A program made the position numbers and the translations under genes. From contig JAVECO010000127.1 of the NCBI GenBank assembly GCA_051942205.1, forward strand, positions 48,094 to 68,093: a DNA stretch of 20,000 nucleotides, written 5' to 3'. Numbering within the stretch: position 1 is the stretch's first letter; the number at the start of each line of letters is the position of its first letter. The stretch comes from Coniocarpon cinnabarinum. Taxonomy: Eukaryota. A model generated the notes under the pieces. The model was not told the DNA's origin. It saw only the letters and a program-made list of their open reading frames with translations, and did not search any database. Of the stretch, positions 1-9,539 are shown piece after piece.

Positions 1-971
1 CGTTCTTGAGATCAGTATGATCCAGCTGTCTTGTGCCCCTGCGCGTCCTGTCTCTGATGTTGCGCAGAGTCGTACCATCTTATTCAGTTCGTCGAGATCG
101 CCGGTACCCATGTATATCGCATCAGATGGTTACCACATGCTGAGAAGGTGTGCTCTGTTGCACGTCAAATTCCGAAGGGAATAAAACATCCACGGCAGCG
201 TTTGATGCGCGCGTAACCGACGTGGCAGCCCGCGAACGGAATAGCGGTGCCACGAAAGCTGATGTTGATGTCATGCTATTGATCGAAAAAGCATGTGATG
301 ATGCAACATTCAGGACTTGACCTCCGTGGACTCCCACGCATGAAACCCTTGTCCTCGCGTCAAGGACTGATTCAATCCTCCTAGGGAGATGCCACCAACG
401 ATGTACTTGGTCACTGCTTACTTGGCCACGTGCCGACTTCCAGGGAAAAAAGAGTCATCTCGCTCGACCGACCCACGTGCGAGGAGCTCGTTCTGGCTCA
501 CCTGGATACCGCCATGTCCTCCTGTAGGAATCAACGGTGTCTTGAAGTGAGTTTACGAAATGGTCACCGTTCATTTGAGCCTACGCGGCGCTGCTTGAAA
601 TGCTGCCGCAACCGGCCTAAAAATGGTGGGTCTAGGGTTAGCGTTCAAGAAAGGCCAGATTCAATCCGATCTTGGTCAATCACTAGATCCTACATCACGG
701 CGCCAAAAATAACCTCAAGCTCTTCTGAAGGTACCGCGTATTTATGATGTCCAAAGATATCAAGAAATCAACATCTGTTCACAAGGTCATCCACTCCTAC
801 TAAAAGAATATCTACGTTTCGCTGCAGTTTATTGCCATTTTCTGTGTTCAAGTCCTTGTTTCCATACGTGTGATCGCCTCGGCAGCTAACTTCGTGCTGT
901 ACGTTCTCGAGTAAACATCACCAACCTTCGTCGATGAGCACAGGTATCTGCTCGATTCAACATCTGTCATA

Positions 972-1505
972 ATGCTGACAAAGGTACGTATCTTCTTGTG
1001 TTCAGGCACGTATCTATCCTTGTTTAATCTGATAAAACAGGTTTGTATCGCTCTTGCCACTTTTTCAGCCACATGGGCCGCCGCCGTTCCCGACACTACT
1101 CCCACAAATCCCAACGATAATGGGCTCGACGTTTATTTTATGGTCTACCCTCAAGGTGATAACCAGGAAAGCGGGTGTCTCAACAGTCTCGCGTCACCTC
1201 CGCCCTATCAGAATGACAATTTGAAAAAACTTGGCGATTGCATTTCTGTGACAGGAAGCCCGGCCGACCAGATCTATTGGATAACCCGGAACTGGGGCCT
1301 CATGGTGGGGCTCTTCGCGTCGAGTGACTGCACTGGGACTTACAAACCTTTCATGGCCGATGCTGTCAACTCACCTTACAACGACGGGTATTTGGCGACG
1401 GGGTGTCAAGCTTTGGATGACTTGCAGGGTGAACCGCAGACGACTTTCTCCAGCGTGAAGCTTTTGGCGGACTGTTCGCAGCCAAATGGCTGTGTTTGGG
1501 GTTGA
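972..1505 (+). CDS. Small secreted cysteine-rich protein (effector-like), 158 aa after splicing; exons 972-983, 1041-1505
   Basis: ATG CTG ACA AAG|gtacgt...aaaacag (57-nt intron 984-1040) gives MLTKVCIALATFSATWAAAVP, a signal-peptide-like N-terminus. The predicted mature part has 6 Cys. No family recognised. Confidence 0.8.
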   Translation: MLTKVRIFLCSGTYLSLFNLIKQVCIALATFSATWAAAVPDTTPTNPNDNGLDVYFMVYPQGDNQESGCLNSLASPPPYQNDNLKKLGDCISVTGSPADQIYWITRNWGLMVGLFASSDCTGTYKPFMADAVNSPYNDGYLATGCQALDDLQGEPQTTFSSVKLLADCSQPNGCVWG

Positions 1506-1745
1506 ATACGTTTCGCGGCTTCTAAGACCGGAGGCAGGGATGAGGGCACTGCCACTGATAGCAAGTACTTGATAATATGTTTGTGGAAGAACTCAAAGCG
1601 CGAGCGCGTCCACTCTTGCGACTACGTTAGAGGCTAGGATGGTTCTCAGTGCTCTCATCCCTCTCTCTGAGCTGTTGAGTACGTAGTAAATCTCATGGCA
1701 CTGGTTTCAGGACTAGGCGGCCAAAGCAGACATTGAATCACCAAC
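1418..1745 (+). repeat. Copy 1 of a diverged direct duplication (3' end of the secreted-protein gene plus downstream spacer)
   Basis: Aligns colinearly with 3400-3875, e.g. actttctccagcgtgaagcttttggcggactgttcgc vs actttctccaacgtgaagcttttggcggactgttcgc; actgatagcaagtacttgataa vs actgatagcacctacttgataa; ggcactggtttcagg vs ggcactgactcagg. Ends are approximate. Confidence 0.9.
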
Positions 1746-1821
1746 CCCACCTTCACCCATAAACAACTTCCATCTCGCGAGGTTCTGGCCTATCTTTCGG
1801 TTGCAACTATCTGACATAGCA

Positions 1822-2436
1822 ATGCCTCTCAGCAACATATGGTCTACCGCAAAGTCAGTCATTCGTGACGTGCGAAACAAAGAATACAGCAGGAATCAAC
1901 ATCTGAAGGCGTCGATAGAGCTCTTTGCAAAAGAGGATGGCACCAGTAATGGTGTACACGAAGGCACATGGCATTTCCTCGACGCAATTCCCTTCTTCAC
2001 ATTGAGTCCGGTCCCGGTGAAAGGTACGAGCCGATATGGCTTTCTTGTCGGTGACTATACGACATTGCTTTACTCCAATCTAACCACGCATCAGATTATC
2101 CGTGACGATAACTTGCGTCACTACAGTCTCCTCGTCAAGCTAGCGTTTACCAAAGTCGTTTGAAGAGGTCAAGAGTTGAACCGAGAATATGACCTCGTCC
2201 GCTCAAAGGACGATCGCTATCACCTCCTTTGCTATTTGTTTGAGATATGGGCGAAACGACAGAGGCAGTGGGATGAGTTGCAAGGTAAAACCATTGCGAG
2301 TCAGAAAGTGTCAAAGCGTACTGTGGAAGATGATCAGGCGAGATGTCGCTCTCCAACGGTGAGGATTCTTGAGCGCAACCCAAAAAACGATTTACCGAGC
2401 GAGCGCCGAACACACACACACACCAAGTACACTTAG
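1822..2436 (+). pseudogene. Hypothetical protein, paralog of 6277-6961, interrupted by an in-frame TGA at 2161-2163; intron 2047-2094
   Basis: ORFs 1801-2163 and 2176-2436 share a frame. After removing the 48-nt intron (gtcggt...ctaac...cag) the protein aligns gaplessly to the 6277 gene, with the intron at the same position (after 'FL'). The TGA aligns to Trp (KVV*RGQEL vs TIAWRGKDL). Confidence 0.75.
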
Positions 2437-3399
2437 CAAGAGCACCGCTGATGCTCTGGCGATGGCTGCGGATCAGGCTAGCGCCTCAGAGGATTCTATG
2501 GACAAAACGCTTTGATGAGCTCGGCAACGCTCGCAAGCTCGTGCTACAAAGCCATTATTACAGCATTGTCAAGTCGAACGCTTTCCTTTCCGTAACATCT
2601 TGCGAACGACTTTAGACGAACCAAGACCTACGAGCTTTCCGTGTGAAACATTGCAATGACAACACAACCATATGTCGGCTCGAGTTAATCTGGTATCAGG
2701 AGTATTACTCTTTGACGATCGAGTGCAGCACCTCGCGCACCAAATAAAGAAGATTAAACCTTAAAATGACGCCTGAGAAGACCATGCAGCCACGAGAGAA
2801 GCTCAAGGTTACCAGCTATGTCACTGTATCGTTCGTCGGGAATTTCAGAAATGGTGACTGGGACTTGAGAAGCTCGGGAAACGCCGATGAGGTCTAGATG
2901 ACATGAGGAGCCTACGGTTCGCTAATATCCCTCACATAATCCAAGACGAATCGTAGTGACGAGCCTGTTCTGAGTCCTATCTTCCTTGAGACTGCACACT
3001 TCCACGCTCTCACATTGACTAAAGCGCCAACATCCACTGTCAGTCGACAGCAGTGCACGATTCAGCGATCTGACGCATTAAGCCTCGGCGCACGACTTTA
3101 AATTTCCCTACATCTAGCTCGGGATGGAGTTCAAAACTTTTTATTCCAGATAACAAGATAAGATCTCTGCGATACTTCGTGTAATCTACATCATGGAGCA
3201 CTGCTTAGAAACAGCCTAATATCTATCTCCAATTCTAGTGGCACGAGTGCAATTGCTAGCCCTCTTAGGAGCCAGAGCCTCGGAGATTTCAAGCCTCAGA
3301 AAAATTGTGAAAAGGATAGGGTAATCGATCGGACAATGAAAAGGCATAGAAGATTTCAAGATTAAAGCCTTCAATGTTTGCGACTGGAGCTAGAGAGGT

Positions 3400-3875
3400 T
3401 GACTTGCGAGGTGAATTGCAGGTCACTTTCTCCAACGTGAAGCTTTTGGCGGACTGTTCGCGACCAAACAGCGTGGTCCATGGTGAGGTTATTACTAGTG
3501 AGGTTAAGGTTAACGGTTAGCTTATCGGCTTGGTAGCGCGCGCGCCACCGAGCCATAATCTAACCAGACCTAACCATTGACCACACTGCGACCAAATGGC
3601 TGTGTTCGGGGCCGGGCGCGTCTTGCTGCTTCGGGAGGAAGGTGGGCTGCTACTGATAGCACCTACTTGATAACAGATTTTTAAAGGTTGTGAAAACGCG
3701 AGCGCAACGACTCTCGCGACCGCGGAAGTGGCTAAAGTGATTCTATACGCTTCAAATAATTTCTCTTTGTAATCAGTGAACAGAAGGCTTAACGGTCGAA
3801 CGCTTAGTTACAAAGGTACATCTGCAAGGCACTGACTCAGGTAATAGGCAGCAAAGGCAGAAGGCACATAACCAA
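3400..3875 (+). repeat. Copy 2 of the duplication: truncated remnant of the secreted-protein gene (DLRGELQVTFSNVKLLADCSRP...NGCV) plus spacer, interrupted by a MITE
   Basis: Translation matches the C-terminus of 972-1505 (DLQGEPQTTFSSVKLLADCSQPNGCVWG). No recognisable 5' part lies upstream. Confidence 0.88.
3469..3588. mobile_element. 120-bp non-autonomous TIR element (MITE), probably hAT superfamily
   Basis: Perfect 8-bp TSD cgaccaaa at 3461-3468 and 3589-3596. Imperfect ~21-bp TIRs: left cagcgtggtccatggtgaggt, reverse complement of right cagtgtggtcaatggttaggt. Absent from the paralogous empty site (cagccaaa, 1479-1486). An 8-bp TSD with CAG termini is typical of hAT elements. Confidence 0.92.
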
Positions 3876-3954
3876 AGGCGACAATTGTTTCGATCAATAC
3901 AACGCTCGCTACCGTGCTCAATAACACTTTTCAAAAAGCCAACCTAAACACACC

Positions 3955-5808
3955 ATGGGAAGATGCATCCAGTACAGGCCTGGAGAGACTGCCAATCCAT
4001 TTCTGAAGACACTGAAAACTTCTGGAAGAGGACCATCTGGTCGCGAATGGGGCACAAATGAGCTGCAGTGGCTTCAAATCGACTTCCATGAAGATTGCGC
4101 GCTTTTTGCCGACCAAGTAGGTGCAGTCAACCCCGCATTGACGTCTGAGACTTCTTTTGGCGTCGAACGCTCAATCTAAGATCATGCTTCACAGACTAGG
4201 GGCGATTGTAGATTAGCCGTGCTCTCTAGACGAATCTCTTGGCAGATTTAGTCGCGCTGAACTTGATCGCTTTGGTGATTCTGTCAAATACATCTTAACA
4301 CTGACCATGGAAATGTAGGGGGAAGCAGCTGAGTCCTGTTTGTTAGAGTCATCACACCGACTCTGTGAAACTTCAGCGCTTGCAAGGGAACTCGTATCCG
4401 CTCTTGGCGCCGCGAAGTCAAAGATTGAGGAGGACGATTCCTCAAACACTTTCTATGGGAGCATGTCGGCGCTGTTGAAACTGAGAGAAAAAGGTCTTAG
4501 GCCATCTGATATCGATTTCCGTCTTGACCTGAATTGACGAACGCATAGGAAGTAACGAAAGCAATAATGTGCCCAGTAGTAGCCCTCGACAAGAGGAAGC
4601 AAGTACTGTTGAAGACATGGATCGAGAGTCACAGGTCGAATCGTCTGCAATCCAAACATCACCATTTCCAAAGCCTGCTACTCACCCTCATGTTCGAGAG
4701 CAGAAGCAGGCTTTGCGTTCTTCGCCACCCGTGACGCCACCAATGGAAGATCGAGGCTTAGGCTTGACATTCCCCGTTGGTGATCTTCCTACCTGGAACG
4801 TCCTTGATCAGATCAACTCAAAAACGACGGAGGAACCGGCAGAGGACGACAATTCCAGTGCCAATTGTTGGCTCGATGACATAGCCGATACTAGCGAATC
4901 GTCAAATGAGAAACGAACAGAGGAACTTGAACTGCCGGCAACAGGCTTTGCACTTCCGAACGGGTCAAGCGTTGATACCGAGACAGCAAACGGCCCGGGC
5001 GAGAGTACGTTTCCAGGGTGATGTTGAACTGAACCGGCCACTTTGCTCACTCACGTGCAATACAGAACACAAAAGAGCTATCTCGATACTGTCCTCATCT
5101 TCTGAACAGTCAGTACTTCAGGCTAAACGTTCAAAAACTACGCAGGATAAATCAGAGGAAGAAGTTACTTGGAGCGCGAGGAACCTGCTGAGCGAGTTCG
5201 GCAACATCTTCACAGACAATACCGAGCCTTGGCATGTCCGCGTCTTCAACAGGTCGCCAGGCGAGAAAACGGTTTCACCTTATGGAAGAAGCTGTGTGAC
5301 CAAACCGGATCTCAAGTGGGGGTTGACCATAACGAGCACTACTGGCAAGGAAGCTCAAACCTTCATCTACTTTGAAATCAAACGTTTGACGCATCAAATG
5401 CAGCCCGAGAACATTCTGGGTCAAGAAGTGGCGTCCCTCCTCGCTGCGGCCAACAAACGCCACTTGCCCATCGACAACGGGGGAGGAGGGGATCAGCGAA
5501 GCAAGCGAAAGCCTTGGCAGAAGGACGATGATGTGTTGACATCATTTCTCGTATCGTGGCATCACCTCCAGGTATACATTTCTCGCCTGACAGTAAGACG
5601 CGAATTCTTGGAAGGAATTCAAAGTAGCTCTGCAGGTAACATTCAGCCTGGGTCCATCAAGATTAGCAGATCGAAACACTATGATCTGACTGATGCGGAT
5701 CAGCGCATTGCGTTCCTCGGTGCCCTTGTGTCAGTCTGCCTGATGGACTTGAGCAGACACAAGAGCTGCGAGGAGTTAGTGCGACACATCAAAACAGCTT
5801 TACGCTAA
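3955..5808 (+). CDS. Fungal PD-(D/E)xK restriction-endonuclease-fold-like protein, about 511 aa; proposed exons 3955-4116, 4319-4493, 4549-5004, 5066-5808
   Basis: Three phase-compatible introns join four ORFs: 4117-4318 (gtaggt...actgac...tag), 4494-4548 (weak donor gtctta...ttgac...tag) and 5005-5065 (gtacgt...ctcac...cag). N-terminal SGREWGTNEL motif, acidic Ser/Pro-rich linker, C-terminal KPD...YFEIKR...GQEVASLLAA...SFLVSWHH...RSKHYDL...R..FL. Fold call is from motif recognition only. Confidence 0.65.
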
Positions 5809-6276
5809 TCCACAATGCTCCTGCGCTCGACCGTTCAGACACCCGGAGCCACAGATGCTTTACGCGAGACACGTCTAAAAGGGCATTTCTCCGGTCGCAT
5901 CGGACTCGGTACACCAGAAGGTTGGAGACACAATATCATTGAGCTTTGTCGCGTAGTGCGCTTCACAACTCGATGCCAGTGACTGCTAGACTTGTGAAGT
6001 TACAGTCGGTAGCAGTTTAGCATTTTACGGCCGATAGGCTCAAAGTTGCCTCGCAACATGTAGTTTCTTGTCAGGTTCAACCCCCAAACACTACGTTTAC
6101 CCTGCCCATTGTCCATTGTGTAAGCCTTACTAGATCAGGCACTATGTGACGTGCAATGTTTGCCGCCGTAAGACTGTCCGAGCTAAATAACATGGAACAT
6201 CTACGCGTCAACTTTACTCCGACTTCCTCAAACCTCGTCATTCCTCACGACCTGACAACCGTTGGGTGTGTTATCA

Positions 6277-6961
6277 ATGGCCAGTGGAAGATTGAGAGAG
6301 CAAGTGCGCTTCGTGGTCGACAGCGTACGAGATCGGCAGTACGACAACCTGCGTAGACTCCGATCTGCTGTCGACCTCTTTACGCAGCCGAGTGACGAGC
6401 ATGATGATATCAAAGAAGGTGTCTGGGAACTAGTCGCGGCAATTCCGCTGTTTGCGATTGGTGAGCTCAAGAGCGACCGAAGTGCTACCTATCATTTCCT
6501 TGTAAGTATCAGGGCACAGCGAAGCGCAGCTATGTGCTAACGTGCTGGAGGACATACACGATTCGAATATGGAACATTGCAGTCTTCGGGTCCGGGCTGA
6601 ACATACTACAATTGCGTGGCGTGGAAAAGATCTGGGCTTCAAGTTCGATCTGGCGGGCTCTGACCGTGACCGCTACCGGTTTCTACTATGCTTACTCACA
6701 ATCTGGAGTCAGCGTCAACAGATGAAAGCTCAGGCGAAGACAAAATTCACAGTTGCGAGAAGGGCTCTAGGTAATCCTGCAGATAATGGCAAACATGCGA
6801 AGAGCATCGCTGCGCCCGCTCTTTACCCTCGCAAGGAGAGGCGTAAAACACGCCTAATTACAAAGACCTACAAGCACAGCCCACTTGCTGAGAATAGCAT
6901 GAACGTTAGCGACGATGTGGAGATTGGCAGTCCCAGGCAAGAGCTTTCAGAGCTCGGCTGA
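6277..6961 (+). CDS. Hypothetical protein, 211 aa, intact paralog of 1822-2436; exons 6277-6501, 6551-6961
   Basis: Intron 6502-6550 (gtaagt...gctaac...gag) joins ORFs 6262-6540 and 6542-6961 in frame. Clear similarity to the 1822 gene (EGVWELVAAIPLF vs EGTWHFLDAIPFF; DRYRFLLCLLTIWSQRQ vs DRYHLLCYLFEIWAKRQ). Basic C-terminal tail. Confidence 0.8.
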
Positions 6962-7599
6962 ACACAATACAACTTGACAGCCGTGCCACCTGCAAGCCAA
7001 CATGGCCGCTGAATCGAATTGTGCGTGACAATTGGACTCCGAATTCAATAAGCGCGTCGTCAACAAGAGAGCACAACTGTTCAGGTAAAGCACACTACGA
7101 GGTCAACCCGTAGAGAGTGTCTGAAGAAAATCCGCCGCCTTGGACTGTACTACACTGTACATCACTATGCATACACAGTGCTGATACCACAAGACACATG
7201 GGGCAAGATTCTCAAGTACCACATCGTATCGAGTTGGTGTCGTGTTGCAAGTCCCGCACGCTGTAAACAGAATGCCTCAGTAGTACTGAATGCATTCAAG
7301 CGTCATTCTCACATGAGGCTTTTTGCTCGCCTTTGACTCCTGGCAATCGCCATCATCCCGCTCAGAAATTATGTTCCATTGCAGAGCAAACACACAATGT
7401 CCCTCTCATAGAGACGCACAATGTGATCTCGACCTTGCACAATGAAACACAAGGTCTATAAAGCCTTTGACCCCCACCACCGATCAGATCTTCAATCCAC
7501 CAAGCAACAATCTCAATTGCCACCCTCCATAGGGCCTTCAGATCCACTTTCAAAATACTCAAGTCAAATCTTACAGAACTACAACAAGCTACCAAAAAC

Positions 7600-7806
7600 A
7601 TGTGTGAGAGAACCACCTGCGACGCCCGCTTCTGCGACAAAACAGCAACCGACCGCTGCCTACGCTACGAGACCTCTAGCAAAACATGCAAGCAGCCGGA
7701 GCTTGTACAGGCTTATTGGTACTGTCGCGACCATGAGCACCTTCGTGATCGACGACGCGGTTTGGTGATTGGAAGTGGACGATTTGTGGAGGACCCAAAA
7801 CGGTAA
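7600..7806 (+). CDS. Small Cys/His-rich protein (68 aa), possible zinc-binding microprotein
   Basis: Good start context (caaaaacATG), A/C-rich leader, TATAAA near 7458. The Cys pattern is shared with 9295-9538. The stop overlaps a gtaagt donor-like site at 7803, so the C-terminus may differ. Confidence 0.55.
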   Translation: MCERTTCDARFCDKTATDRCLRYETSSKTCKQPELVQAYWYCRDHEHLRDRRRGLVIGSGRFVEDPKR

Positions 7807-9294
7807 GTCTGTGCACGGTGGTTGAGTAGGGGAGTTTGCACGAGGACGTGGATGACAGGTAAGTTCTTCTGTAGTACAATTGCAGTTGTTTGAGAATTTG
7901 TACCAAGAATATACGATGGCTTGTTCCAGGCTTCTTTGTCAGTTGTGCCAAGGTGCGAGTTGTTTCGATTGTATTTGTAGCTTGGCAGTTGTTGGAGCCT
8001 AACGCTCGATCATGTGGATTGCCTGTTGCGCATACACATTCGGTGAGTCTCTGACGAACATGCTGCTCATTAAGACCATGGAATTGGTCCAGGTGGTTAC
8101 ACTGCGGTTTTCCAACCACAACATCTGACACCATACTCTGGGAAAGTCGGACCTCGCACCGGTGTGATGGTGATGATGACGGACAACGTTGCCGCGCCTC
8201 GGTCACTGCCAGCTCTCCGTGAGTCTTCTACCCACTTTACCAACTTCCTGGGGTGCAATGTATGCTATTGAAGACCTGGATTGCTTGCCTGTCTTCCAAT
8301 GCCTTCGTTCATCATGCAGAACCTGCTTCTCCAAAATTGCAGTGACAAGTTTGCATTCACCCGCCGCCTAGCTGCATAGGGAGCGTAATCTTAGGACGCA
8401 TACGAGCGACTCAGCTTCCAAGTACGTCCAGCCCGAGCATGTACCCAAGGTGATCCACTCAAAAGGGTCTTTTAGGTTTCATGTATCCAGTCGAGCAATT
8501 CGCCAGTCGCAATTGATTATTTAAGATGTGTTTATATGTCCAATGCGGCTAACAAGTTCAGCCAGGCGTTCCATGTGCAAAGTTGGTGAGGATAGAAATG
8601 TGTGGTCGCATGAAGGCCGCAGTGGGCTGTACGGGCGCAAATTCTCTCATCAAGCCCGACGCCCGTTGCGAAGACCTTGACCCAAGCAAATCACCCATGA
8701 ACCAGTCCGCTCCCGGTACGACAGCCATGAGCTTCCCTCGTGAAGCCGGACAAGTCTCATCAACAAAGAAGCCAGGAACGAGGAAGTGACAGTCGACACT
8801 GGCATCATCAACGAGGAAAGCTGAAAGGAGGCGAACAGCAGCAGTGCGGGGGTGCGGATGAGTTCGATGGCTTGCGCAAGGCTTCGTGCTGGTCTGGTTG
8901 CCTACTACCTATGTTTGCGACTGTGTGGCCGAACGATGAATAATGACCGTTTTGTTTGCATCTTATCATCCCAAACCGATTGCTTACACTGTTAATTGGT
9001 CATGGTGCGTGCTTGGACCTCTGCCTTGTACCATATACGTGTTTTATACCTTTATAAGTTTGCAAAGATGCGCTTACGATCTCCAACTCTCCATGATTTT
9101 TCTTACAACTCCGCAGAATCTGACTATCATCTGTGCTGCAAGCCGCAATCTCTTAGGTATATCACTCACCGTTCAGATTTATGTAAGTTCTCCCACTCCT
9201 CCCCTGCTGTTATGATATGCGATATGCTGAGTTTATGCTGAAGTAGTTCTCACAACACGCTCACATTTAAAGCGTCCATTGAACAGGAGAAACA

Positions 9295-9538
9295 ATGTGT
9301 TGTGCCATCTATTGCAATTTCCGGGACATCGACGGCAACGCCTGCAATAAGCGTATCTCGCTGCGCAAGTGCTCTTGGCGTTCATGCTCACGTAGAAACA
9401 TGAAGCGTAAGCAGATGTACTGCAAGAAACATGATCCATCTGTAAGCAATACTTCAAGGACCTGTGTGAGTATGAGACAAGCTGACACTTGCCTGGTGAT
9501 AGCGACAGCTTAGAACGGTAGCGAGACCGAGAAAGTGA
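9295..9538 (+). CDS. Small basic Cys/His-rich protein (about 60 aa); exons 9295-9441, 9503-9538
   Basis: aaacaATG start. Phase-0 intron 9442-9502 (gtaagc...gctgac...tag). Shares the MC-x4-C-x2-R...C[DN]K...C-x10-YC-x2-H pattern with the 7600 gene. Confidence 0.55.
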
Positions 9539-9539
9539 T

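Noticed and set aside
1..747. ORFs 122-337 (-) and 430-747 (+), and a possible spliced minus-strand gene starting near 515
   Set aside because: Non-ATG starts, no recognisable motifs, and I could not build a consistent exon chain.
3485..3576. Telomere-like GGTTA/TAACC repeats
   Set aside because: These are not tandem TTAGGG; they are subterminal repeats and stem arms of the MITE.
4214..4318. Two in-frame TAGs as A-to-I-editable premature stops in the nuclease gene
   Set aside because: A phase-0 intron 4117-4318 with an ACTGAC branch site just before the second TAG removes both, which is simpler.
7676..8206. 176-aa minus-strand ORF
   Set aside because: GTG start, no motif, and antisense overlap with the better-supported 7600 microprotein gene.
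8583..8943. Possible remnant of a GPI-anchored protein (NSSSAGVRMSS...AGLVAYYL)
   Set aside because: Only a vague compositional resemblance, with stops in all frames.
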